A DNA stretch of 64,000 nt, taken from Negativicutes bacterium. GTDB lineage: Bacteria; Bacillota; Negativicutes; UBA1444. A program made the position numbers and the translations under genes. The stretch is from contig CAXXIN010000006.1 in NCBI GenBank assembly GCA_963665275.2, positions 26,164 to 90,163 of the forward strand, read 5' to 3'. The notes under the pieces are model-generated. The model made no database searches. It had not been told where the DNA came from and was given only the letters and a program-made list of their open reading frames with translations. How positions within the stretch are numbered: the stretch's first letter is position 1; the number at the start of each line of letters is the position of its first letter. Below, piece after piece: positions 19,789 to 28,462 of this stretch.

Positions 19789-19817
19789 TTGACAAAATAT
19801 AACTTTGGTTTTATACT
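19789..19817 (+). promoter_or_regulatory. Sigma-A promoter of marR
   Basis: TTGACA-N17-TATACT. Confidence 0.75.
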
Positions 19818-19823
19818 AAACAA

Positions 19824-19843
19824 ATAATAAGCTGGCTAACTAT
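19824..19843. promoter_or_regulatory. Putative MarR operator 1
   Basis: ATAATAAGC-TG-GCTAACTAT; matches palindrome ATAGTTAGC-NN-GCTAACTAT, just after the -10. Confidence 0.65.
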
Positions 19844-19864
19844 ATTGTTGGAGGAGTTGTTATT

Positions 19865-20356
19865 CTGGATATTCAGAAAAAAGCATTTCCAACTCGTGAA
19901 GCTCTGCGTCAGTTTGCTAACCAAGCACCGGGACTTGATGTCTCGGCTGCGGAAGTGATGCTGCAAATTTTGCAGACTTCCCATGAAATTCACCAACAGG
20001 TCTTTGACATACTGGAAAAAAAACACAAGGTATCCAAAGGAAAATTGATGGTCATGATGATCCTTTATCAGTCGCTAGAGGGGATTGCACCCTCAACATT
20101 AGCTGAAAAAGCCGGTGTAACTCGTGCTACGATTAGTGCCATGCTGCGACGGATGATTCGAGACAAGCTTGCCTGCTCTTTTTCAGACTCGGCAGACGGG
20201 CGCAGAAAACTTGTCGGACTCACAGAGAAAGGCCGAGCATTTCTGGACGAGATTTTGCCTGATCATTTTAAGCGCGAAGCTCGATTGATGAATAATGTTT
20301 CGGAAGAAGAGCGAATTACGTTGGTTCAGTTGCTGAAAAAAATTAAAGCAAACTGA
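19865..20356 (+). CDS. MarR-family regulator (probable CTG start)
   Basis: PSTLAEKAGVTRATISAML..DGRRKLVGLTEKGR wHTH; frame open upstream of GTG 19955 back to RBS GGAGGAG. Confidence 0.85.
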   Translation: MDIQKKAFPTREALRQFANQAPGLDVSAAEVMLQILQTSHEIHQQVFDILEKKHKVSKGKLMVMMILYQSLEGIAPSTLAEKAGVTRATISAMLRRMIRDKLACSFSDSADGRRKLVGLTEKGRAFLDEILPDHFKREARLMNNVSEEERITLVQLLKKIKAN

Positions 20357-20391
20357 CCTTTGAGAAACTAAACAAGAGAAATCTTGCCTAT

Positions 20392-20411
20392 ATAGTTAGC
20401 GGACTAATTAG
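20392..20411. promoter_or_regulatory. Putative MarR operator 2
   Basis: ATAGTTAGC-GG-ACTAATTAG. Confidence 0.55.
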
Positions 20412-20524
20412 TGTCGCTGAACATTGCGTTTGCAAGGAGGGATCCTATTATAGTTGGAGTAATATATTGAGCGAAAGAGCGATATACAATAAGTTAAGCT
20501 ATAGGAACAATATTTTTCGCGCCG

Positions 20525-20544
20525 ATAATTAGCTGGCTAACTAT
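20525..20544. promoter_or_regulatory. Putative MarR operator 3
   Basis: ATAATTAGC-TG-GCTAACTAT upstream of the HlyD gene. Confidence 0.65.
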
Positions 20545-20594
20545 TGGTGCGAAAAATATTTTTAACAAAACAACATGGGATTGGAAGTGCTTTA

Positions 20595-21797
20595 ATGATA
20601 TTGAACAAAAAGTCGATGCGCGTGAAGATGGCTAAAATGGTAAGGTTGTTGAAGAATCCGGCAACAACTACAAAAGGAAAATCATTGCGTATGGGAATTG
20701 TAGTTCTAGTTGTACTTTTCGTTGGCGGAACAATGTTGATGCTTATGGGGCATGACGCTGTCTCGGTAGCTTTGGAGAAAAAAGAAGGGATTTTGTCAGC
20801 AGAACAGGTTAAAATCGCGTTTGAAAATGTCGGGGGACGTTTGGTGAAGGAAGCGGTGCAAGAATCGCAAGAAGTCAAAAAAGGTGACATCCTTATGATC
20901 ATTGATAGCACTGATATTGATCTGTCAATAGAACGAATGAAAACACAAATCGCTCAAGTGGAAGCTAAAATTAACCAGCTAAATGGCAGTATCGTCATTG
21001 GATACCAGAAAGCGACTACTACCGAAACACAGACCTATCGCCTGATCGAACAACAGAAAATGGCACTGGACGCAGCGAAATCTACCTATAACAATCAGAA
21101 AATAAATTATAATCGTAAGCGCGCCTTGTTAGCTTCGGGCGCTATTTCACAGTCGGAACTTGACAGTGCGACGATGTCGTTGGATGTGGCGTTGGCCAAT
21201 ATGGGACAAGCGCAGCGAATGCTCGACAAAATGCTTGCAGGCACTGGCGAAGCTGCAAAAGAGCGAGTGTTGACGAGTGGAAATGCTGATAATATTTACT
21301 TGGCGGAGATTGATCAACAGCGTCAGGAATTGGAAAACAATAAATTGGGTGTTCAAGACTATATTCACCAAAAGGATAACCTGCTTGTACAGCTAAAAGA
21401 ATTACAGATAAAAAAAGAACGGCTGACTTTGCGCGCGCCGGAAGATGGCAAAATACTAAGAATCATTGCGAAACAAGGGGAAATGATTTCGGCGAACACT
21501 CCGGTCGTTTTGCTCGAGAGCAAGCGTTTTTATTATGACATTTACGTGGATGAACAACTGGCTTCACGCCTTGAAGTGGGAGGTAAGATTGTCGGTAGCA
21601 CCGTTGCCGGAAAAAGAACCATTCCGGGTAATATTCGCTTCATTACGGCTGCCCCTGGTTTTGCCGATTTGAAAATGAGCCGTGAAAAAGGGCAGGCCGA
21701 CCTTTCGGCATTTCAGGTCAGGATCTATGTTGACCCGGCAAATCTGCTGCCCGGAATGACGGTTGAGGTGAGCAGAAATGCATTTCTTAAAGGATGA
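20595..21797 (+). CDS. HlyD-family membrane fusion protein (start uncertain)
   Basis: N-terminal TM, VKKGDIL lipoyl half, coiled coil, LRAPEDG and LLPGMTVEV. Confidence 0.85.
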   Translation: MILNKKSMRVKMAKMVRLLKNPATTTKGKSLRMGIVVLVVLFVGGTMLMLMGHDAVSVALEKKEGILSAEQVKIAFENVGGRLVKEAVQESQEVKKGDILMIIDSTDIDLSIERMKTQIAQVEAKINQLNGSIVIGYQKATTTETQTYRLIEQQKMALDAAKSTYNNQKINYNRKRALLASGAISQSELDSATMSLDVALANMGQAQRMLDKMLAGTGEAAKERVLTSGNADNIYLAEIDQQRQELENNKLGVQDYIHQKDNLLVQLKELQIKKERLTLRAPEDGKILRIIAKQGEMISANTPVVLLESKRFYYDIYVDEQLASRLEVGGKIVGSTVAGKRTIPGNIRFITAAPGFADLKMSREKGQADLSAFQVRIYVDPANLLPGMTVEVSRNAFLKG

Positions 21798-22959
21798 ACT
21801 GACATATTTCTTCTCAGGAAAAGGCATGCCGTATGCGAAAGTGTCGATTGTAGTCGCGCTGGTTATAACATTGGTATTTACCGCTGTCTTTTCCAATAGC
21901 TATATAAAGGACGGAAAAGTAGTTGTCGTGGATCTGGACAATTCCAACTATAGCCATGAATTTATCGACACACTTAACTCGTCGCCATATATTAAAGTTC
22001 GAGAAATAATCAATACTCCCGTCGATCCAAAAACACTGCTGTATCGTGATCGTTGCCTTGCGGTCATTTATCTGCCCGCCGGTTTTGAAAAAAACCGCTA
22101 TAATCAAGCTGCAAATAATATTGGCGTTATTTATGATAATATCAATGAAGCGCAAAGTGGCCATCTAAAAGAAGCACTCTTCACAATCGTTGCTGTTGAA
22201 AACCTGAAGATTGGTATGCCGCAAGTTCAGGCTATGGGTATCAACAGTGAACAGGCAGAGGCAATCATGAATAATATATCTCTCAAAGAACGTTTGCTGT
22301 TTAACCCAACAAATTCGCATAGCAGTGGAGAAGTCATGGGGTTCTTATTCTTTTTTTCCTCAATGTTTTTTGCCTTCGCGACTCTTGGAATGGTCGCCCG
22401 GTTGCGATTGGAGCATAAATGGAATGCCCAGCTCTTGGATGGCAATGTCTTTGGACTTATGATACGTCTTGTTCCATATATTCTCTGCCTGACAGTGGCT
22501 ATTGTAGTGGGATTGGTCATATTGCGAATCGTTGGCGATTTGAGTTTTACCGGGAACTATTTCGCGCTGTTGCTTTCAGTATTGCTGCTTGGAAGTTCCT
22601 CTGGCCTGATGAGCTTGCTTTTCGGGTGGAGAGAAGTTGATCCAGGAGGTGCTGCCAGCAAGATGATTTTGTTTGTGCCGGGCGGCTTTATTCTCGGCGG
22701 ATTTTCTAATCCGATGGATATTGTGCCTGCTTGGGTACAAGTCGTATATAATGTATTTCCTCTTGTTTGGGAATTTCGTCTGATCAGGGATATTATTCTG
22801 CGTGGTGCAGCCTTTATGGATATTGCCCGGGATTTCGGCGGGTATATGATCTATACGGGAGTATTGGCGTTGCTTGTCTCCGCCAGATTTTATCATGACC
22901 GCAAAGTGCTGCTCACTCAGGCGGATTCCAGTTCTGAAAATGGTGAAATTGCAGCATAA
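21778..22959 (+). CDS. ABC-2 type permease (YbhR-like)
   Basis: VVVDLDNSNYS extracytoplasmic loop; 6 TM; GFSNPMDIVPAW. Confidence 0.8.
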   Translation: MHFLKDELTYFFSGKGMPYAKVSIVVALVITLVFTAVFSNSYIKDGKVVVVDLDNSNYSHEFIDTLNSSPYIKVREIINTPVDPKTLLYRDRCLAVIYLPAGFEKNRYNQAANNIGVIYDNINEAQSGHLKEALFTIVAVENLKIGMPQVQAMGINSEQAEAIMNNISLKERLLFNPTNSHSSGEVMGFLFFFSSMFFAFATLGMVARLRLEHKWNAQLLDGNVFGLMIRLVPYILCLTVAIVVGLVILRIVGDLSFTGNYFALLLSVLLLGSSSGLMSLLFGWREVDPGGAASKMILFVPGGFILGGFSNPMDIVPAWVQVVYNVFPLVWEFRLIRDIILRGAAFMDIARDFGGYMIYTGVLALLVSARFYHDRKVLLTQADSSSENGEIAA

Positions 22960-22995
22960 GTTTCCTAGCGTCGGATGAGATAATATTTACCATAC

Positions 22996-23042
22996 GGCAG
23001 GCGACATTATCCTTGCGATAGAGGATGTTCGCCTGCTTTTTC
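22996..23042 (+). terminator. Rho-independent terminator
   Basis: GCAGGCGA..TCGCCTGC stem plus T-run. Confidence 0.65.
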
Positions 23043-23219
23043 TATGTGCTTTCAAGGTTGGTGCTGGCGGCACTGGTCGGCCGGATCATTGCCCAGTATC
23101 AGAACTCATAAAGTAAAAGTGCTTAGTATTAAAAAGCATTTCTTCCCGTCCCCGAAAGTATGGACATCAAGCGATTTCAAATTTAAATGATCCATGATGT
23201 CGCCAGTCATTATACAGTA

Positions 23220-23248
23220 GCAGGAAAATGTTTGTGTTCAAGCGAAAA
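23220..23248 (+). promoter_or_regulatory. SigH-like promoter
   Basis: GCAGGA-N18-GAAAA upstream of sulP. Confidence 0.45.
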
Positions 23249-23391
23249 GATAGGCATATTGCAAATGCCATAAACGAGTTCTCACTTCGGCTGTTCACTT
23301 TATATTGGGGATCTGTTGCCTTTGATTTTCAAGGACCGTTGATCACCCCCTGAAGCTTTGGACGCATGAGACGGAAGGAGTTGAATGGTAA

Positions 23392-25029
23392 ATGCAAAAT
23401 AACGAAAATTTGTCAGGGAACGTTGTAGCAGGTCTTACCACTTCGGCGGTTGTGATTCCTAAGGCTATGGCCTATGCAGGCATTGCAGGCTTATCGGTTG
23501 AAGCTGGAATGTATGCAGCGCTGATCCCGATGCTCGTGTATGCTTTTCTGGGCTCGTCCACCAAGCTGAGTGTCAGTACGACCACTACCATTGCGATTCT
23601 TACGGGCGCGCAGCTGACGATGGCTGTGCCGGACGGCGATCCGGCGAAACTAATGTCGGCGGTGGGGGCACTCGGAGTATTGGTGGGAATATTCCTGCTC
23701 CTTGCCGGCTTTTTGAAAATGGGATTTTTGGCTAATCTGATCTCCGATCCCGTTCTTACAGGATTTAAAGCCGGCATCGCTATGGTGATCATAGTGGACC
23801 AGTTTCCCAAAATATTGGGTCTGCACATAACCAAGACTGGCTTCCTTCGTGACATTTTCTCCATAGGGAACCATGTTCCGGAAACCAGTATTCCAACTTT
23901 GCTGTTATCCGTGGTTGTGCTGCTTCTTTTCTTTGTCACCGAACGATATTTTCCCCGGATTCCAGCTCCTCTTTTAGCGGTGGCCGTCGGAATCAGTGCA
24001 GCAGCTTTCCTTGACCTGAAGGATAACGGAGTGGCATTGACCGGGCATATCACGGCAGGATTGCCGATGCCGAAATTGCCTGACCTGAATCTTTTGACGA
24101 TCTTATGGCCCGGAGCGCTTGGTATTGCCCTCATGTCCTTTACTGAATCAATGGCGGCTGCTCGCGCATTTATCAAAGATGGAGATCCTCCGGTCAAACC
24201 AAATCGGGAATTGATCGCGATTGGCGCGGCCAATCTTGCAGGCGCCTTATTCCAAAGCATTCCTGCAGGCGGAGGCACTTCACAGACCGCTGTAAACGCC
24301 AAAGCCGGTGCTCGGACCAAAGTTGCCGGAGGAGTGACCGCGCTGGTTGCACTGGCTACTTTGCTGTTTTTGGCTCCACTGGTCAGCCTGCTGCCCCAGG
24401 CCGTGCTTGCAGCCATTGTTATTGTTACCACCGCGCCCTTATTCAGCCCCAAAGAGTTCAGCGCCATTCGCAAAGTTCGTCGGCGAGAGTTTCGCTGGGC
24501 GCTTGTGTCCTGCGCTGGAGTTGTGGTGCTTGGAACATTGCCGGGGATCTTGGTCGCAGTGGGAGTAACCTTGCTGACTCTCTTTTACGAGGGCGTCCAA
24601 CCTAACGTGTATGTTGTCGGGCGCAAACCGGGAACTGAGTTTTTTCGGCCTCTGCTTGGGGATCATCCCGGAGACGAACAAATCCCCGGGCTGCTTATTC
24701 TCAGAATAGAAGGACGCTGGACTTTCGCCAATGCACCGCAGGTGCGGGACCGCCTACGGACACTCGTACTTGCAGCGAAACCTCGCGTGGTTATTTTGGA
24801 CTGCAGGGTAATGATTGATCTGGAATATACCGCCTTGCGCGAATTGACCGAAGCGGAAAAAGGCTTGCGTGAAAACGGTATTCCCTTGTGGCTGGTCGCA
24901 CTCACTCCCGCCGTTCTCAAAGTCGTGGAAAACTCGCCTTTAGGAGGGGTTCTTGGACACAAGCGTATGTTTTTTAAATTGCATGATGCGATTGAGGCCT
25001 ATAAATTAGATTACGCTGAGGTGAAATAA
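23392..25029 (+). CDS. SulP-family anion transporter with STAS domain
   Basis: AGLT..VVIPKAMAYA, NRELIAIGAAN and C-terminal STAS (VILDC). Confidence 0.9.
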   Translation: MQNNENLSGNVVAGLTTSAVVIPKAMAYAGIAGLSVEAGMYAALIPMLVYAFLGSSTKLSVSTTTTIAILTGAQLTMAVPDGDPAKLMSAVGALGVLVGIFLLLAGFLKMGFLANLISDPVLTGFKAGIAMVIIVDQFPKILGLHITKTGFLRDIFSIGNHVPETSIPTLLLSVVVLLLFFVTERYFPRIPAPLLAVAVGISAAAFLDLKDNGVALTGHITAGLPMPKLPDLNLLTILWPGALGIALMSFTESMAAARAFIKDGDPPVKPNRELIAIGAANLAGALFQSIPAGGGTSQTAVNAKAGARTKVAGGVTALVALATLLFLAPLVSLLPQAVLAAIVIVTTAPLFSPKEFSAIRKVRRREFRWALVSCAGVVVLGTLPGILVAVGVTLLTLFYEGVQPNVYVVGRKPGTEFFRPLLGDHPGDEQIPGLLILRIEGRWTFANAPQVRDRLRTLVLAAKPRVVILDCRVMIDLEYTALRELTEAEKGLRENGIPLWLVALTPAVLKVVENSPLGGVLGHKRMFFKLHDAIEAYKLDYAEVK

Positions 25030-25056
25030 AATAATACAGTTGGAGGAGGGGGACGT

Positions 25057-26490
25057 ATGAGCAAGAAACAAAAGAAACTAGAACTTGGCTCAATAAACGA
25101 TAAACCGGACTCTCCAGAGGAAAATTGGACAAAGACGTATCAGGACCGTTACGCTGCAGGGAAAGCACTACGGCAGACCTGCCCCCGCGATTCGCATGCG
25201 GGCTGGGAGCCTCCGACAGACCGACCGGATCCGGTCCAGCTGGTTCTTTCAGCCGAAAAAGGAAGACTTGAAGATCTGTTGCCACTTCGCCACGGCCGCA
25301 TGGCAAAGTCCCCATTCACCTTCTACAGGGGCGCGGCCCTCACCATGGCCAGTGATCTTTCATCCACACCGAACACCGGGATCCACGTCCAGTGCTGTGG
25401 GGATGCCCACCTATGCAACTTCGGCGGCTTTGCCACCCCGGAACGAAAAATCATCTTCGCCCTCAACGACCTCGACGAAACGCATCCGGCCCCGTGGGAG
25501 TGGGACGTCAAGCGCCTTGCCACCAGTTTCGTACTAGCCTGCCGTGACAACGGCCTGAAGGAAGGTGCGGCTAAGGATTGCACCCTGGCGTGCGTTCGAT
25601 CCTACCGCGAATATATGACCGAGTATAGCCAGATGAAGACCCTGGATCTCTGGTATGAATCCCTAGGACCCGATGAACTCTTGCCTCCGGGCTCGAACCC
25701 CAAGCTTCGCAAACGGATGTTGGAGCGTATCCAGAAAGAACAGGCAAAGAGTCGCGGCGAAGAAATGTTCCCAAAATTAACGGAACTCAAGGGAGGTATG
25801 CCCGTCATAAAGGACCAGCTTCCCACCATCTTCCATGACGAGGTAGCTCCTCCGGGGGTTATCCACCAGGTCGTTCTGGAAGCGCTTGCGGGATATCGCG
25901 CCACGCTTGCTCCTGCCTATCAGTCACTGTTTGACCGTTACGAACTGCGGGATGCTGCAGTCAAGGTAGTGGGTGTGGGCAGCGTTGGGACCTATTGCAT
26001 GGTAATGCTCTTAACGGCCGATGAGAACGATCCTTTGTTCCTCCAGGTGAAGGAAGCACGCGCTTCGGTTCTGGAAGCTTACACAGGAGCAACCGTATTC
26101 CAGAACCATGGTCAGCGTGTCGTGAACGGCTATCGGATGATGCTGCCTGCCAGCGATATGTTCTTGGGATGGAGCCAGGGTCCCAAACGCGATTTCTTTT
26201 TCCGTCAATTGCGCGACACCAAGATAAGCATCCGTGTGGAGACGCTCGATTCTTCAGAGATGGAACTCTACGCCACCTGGTGCGGCAGGGCGCTCGCGCT
26301 TTCCCATGCACGGTTCGGAAACTCCGCAATTCTCAGTGGGTACATGGGCAAGAGCGACGAATTCGACCGAGCTATAACGAAGTTCTCTGTTGCCTACGCC
26401 GACCAGAATGAGCAAGATTACGCCGCCTTTGACAAAGCAATTCGTGAGGGCACGGTGAAAGCGATCTTTGAAGAGGAATCGGAAACGTAG
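25057..26490 (+). CDS. DUF2252 family protein
   Basis: RMAKSPFTFYRGAA, CGDAHLCNFG, LNDLDE..PWEWDVKRL, KVVGVGSVG and LFLQVKEA. Confidence 0.88.
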   Translation: MSKKQKKLELGSINDKPDSPEENWTKTYQDRYAAGKALRQTCPRDSHAGWEPPTDRPDPVQLVLSAEKGRLEDLLPLRHGRMAKSPFTFYRGAALTMASDLSSTPNTGIHVQCCGDAHLCNFGGFATPERKIIFALNDLDETHPAPWEWDVKRLATSFVLACRDNGLKEGAAKDCTLACVRSYREYMTEYSQMKTLDLWYESLGPDELLPPGSNPKLRKRMLERIQKEQAKSRGEEMFPKLTELKGGMPVIKDQLPTIFHDEVAPPGVIHQVVLEALAGYRATLAPAYQSLFDRYELRDAAVKVVGVGSVGTYCMVMLLTADENDPLFLQVKEARASVLEAYTGATVFQNHGQRVVNGYRMMLPASDMFLGWSQGPKRDFFFRQLRDTKISIRVETLDSSEMELYATWCGRALALSHARFGNSAILSGYMGKSDEFDRAITKFSVAYADQNEQDYAAFDKAIREGTVKAIFEEESET

Positions 26491-26545
26491 GGGTGGTCGA
26501 TAAAGAATCAACTAAGTTGTCAGTTGGAGAGGGGAGGCAGCAGCG

Positions 26546-27421
26546 ATGGGAAAAAAAACCAAGAAAAAGGAAAAACATGAACAGAAATTAGAAGCGAAAA
26601 GCAAGGCTCTGAGCTTCCGTAATGCGGAAGTGATTCCTGCAAACAAAGAGAAGATGGGTAATAAGGCGTACGAAGCTGAAATGTTCAAGCTGCAGGTCGA
26701 ATTGGTCAAGTTGCAGGACTGGGTGAAACAGACCGGAGCTCGGGTCGTTATTCTCTTCGAGGGCCGGGACGCTGCAGGCAAAGGGGGCATTATCAAACGG
26801 ATCATGGAACGGGTTAGTCCGCGCGTTTTTCGACTGGTTGCACTTCCTTCACCAACAGATCGTGAGAAATCTCAGCTCTATGCGCAGCGCTACATGGCAC
26901 ACATGCCTGCTGGAGGCGAGATCGTCATCTTTGACCGCAGCTGGTACAATCGAGCTGGTGTAGAGCATGTCATGGGTTTCTGCTCCGAAGAGGAATACCG
27001 TAAATTCCTCAAGGGCTGTCCCTTGTTCGAAAATATTTTGGTTAGCAATGGAATCATTCTGCTGAAATACTGGCTGGATGTTTCCGAGGAAGAACAGCAC
27101 AAACGCTTCATCGCACGTATTGAGGATCCTTCGAAGCGCTGGAAGCTCAGTCCTATGGATCTGGAGTCGCACCGCCGATGGTATGATTATTCGCGTGCCC
27201 GAGACGTCATGCTGACAGCCACTGATACACCTACAACTCCATGGTTCATCGTCCCTTCCAACGACAAGAAGCGCTGCCGACTCAACTGCATCGCTGATAT
27301 TCTTAGCCGCATCCCGTATGAGGAGATTCCGTACACGCCACCGGAACTGCCTCCAAGGCAGAAATCCAAAGGATATGTGGAACCAGCGCAGACCCATCAA
27401 GTGATCGCGCAGCGTTGGTAA
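26546..27421 (+). CDS. ppk2: Polyphosphate kinase 2
   Basis: FEGRDAAGKGG Walker A, FDRSWYNR and WKLSPMD. Confidence 0.93.
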   Translation: MGKKTKKKEKHEQKLEAKSKALSFRNAEVIPANKEKMGNKAYEAEMFKLQVELVKLQDWVKQTGARVVILFEGRDAAGKGGIIKRIMERVSPRVFRLVALPSPTDREKSQLYAQRYMAHMPAGGEIVIFDRSWYNRAGVEHVMGFCSEEEYRKFLKGCPLFENILVSNGIILLKYWLDVSEEEQHKRFIARIEDPSKRWKLSPMDLESHRRWYDYSRARDVMLTATDTPTTPWFIVPSNDKKRCRLNCIADILSRIPYEEIPYTPPELPPRQKSKGYVEPAQTHQVIAQRW

Positions 27422-27486
27422 GTTAACATAGCTGGCCGTGACTATTGCTTCACAAATAATATGTAGTATGGATGAACTGGAAACAG

Positions 27487-27530
27487 AATGCAGCCCCGGT
27501 CCACGTCAAAAGGTGGACCGGGGCTGCATT
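27487..27530. terminator. Bidirectional terminator hairpin
   Basis: Perfect 18-bp stem AATGCAGCCCCGGTCCAC / GTGGACCGGGGCTGCATT between convergent genes. Confidence 0.75.
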
Positions 27531-27546
27531 ACATTATTTCAACCGT

Positions 27547-28404
27547 TCAATGAATCGCGCGTTTTTTGACACGACCACCCAGCACATCATGCACTTCATG
27601 GATGGTTACAAAAGCATTGGGGTCGTTTTCAAAGACAATCGACTTCAATTTGGCGACTTCCAGGCGGGTAATGACAGAGTAGAGTACTTTTTTGGGTTCA
27701 CCGGAATAACCGCCCTCTCCATGGAGGATGGTTACACCTCGTCCGAGTCGATGCAAAAGAATATCGGCGATCACCTGGGGATAATCCGTAACGATCATCA
27801 CTCCTTTGGATTCGTCCAAGCCTTGTATGGTGACGTCAATCGTCTTGAATGCCACGAAGTAGGCTACGATGGAGTACATGGCTTTTTCCCAGCCGAAAAC
27901 AAAGCCGGCGCAGGCAAAAATGAACAGGTTCATGAACATAATGAATTCGCCAACCGAAAAGCCGGTTCTTTTTGCGAGGATGATGGCGACAATTTCTGTT
28001 CCATCCAAGGATCCTCCATACCGGATGATGAGACCCACGCCGATTCCGACCATGATGCCGCCAAAAATTGCGGCCAGAAACAGATCATAGGTGACATTTT
28101 CCAGTGGGCGGAACACGGTTGTCCAGTAGGCGAGAGAGGAAACCGAGAAAATGGTGGCGAAAGCAAAACTGCGGCCGATTTGGAGATAACCCAAATAAAG
28201 AAAAGGGATATTCAACGCGATGATATACATCGCAAACGGAAAACTGGTAATGTGGCCAAGCATAATGGCGACACCTACCACTCCGCCATCGATGATCTGA
28301 TTCGGGATGAGAAATTCTTCCAACCCGAATGCGGCGATAATCGAACCGAGGAAGAGAATCGCATAAGTCGTGAATTGGTGAAGTGCATTGTGTTTCCAGT
28401 TCAT
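27547..28404 (-). CDS. YitT-family membrane protein (DUF161/DUF2179)
   Basis: IIDGGVVG, GGSLDGTEI, LGRGVT and DPNAFVTI. Confidence 0.88.
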   Translation of the reverse strand: MNWKHNALHQFTTYAILFLGSIIAAFGLEEFLIPNQIIDGGVVGVAIMLGHITSFPFAMYIIALNIPFLYLGYLQIGRSFAFATIFSVSSLAYWTTVFRPLENVTYDLFLAAIFGGIMVGIGVGLIIRYGGSLDGTEIVAIILAKRTGFSVGEFIMFMNLFIFACAGFVFGWEKAMYSIVAYFVAFKTIDVTIQGLDESKGVMIVTDYPQVIADILLHRLGRGVTILHGEGGYSGEPKKVLYSVITRLEVAKLKSIVFENDPNAFVTIHEVHDVLGGRVKKRAIH

Positions 28405-28462
28405 AGAATCCCCCCTGCGCTATTTTATCATGAAAAAACAGCGCAGTTCAAACGGGGCGATA

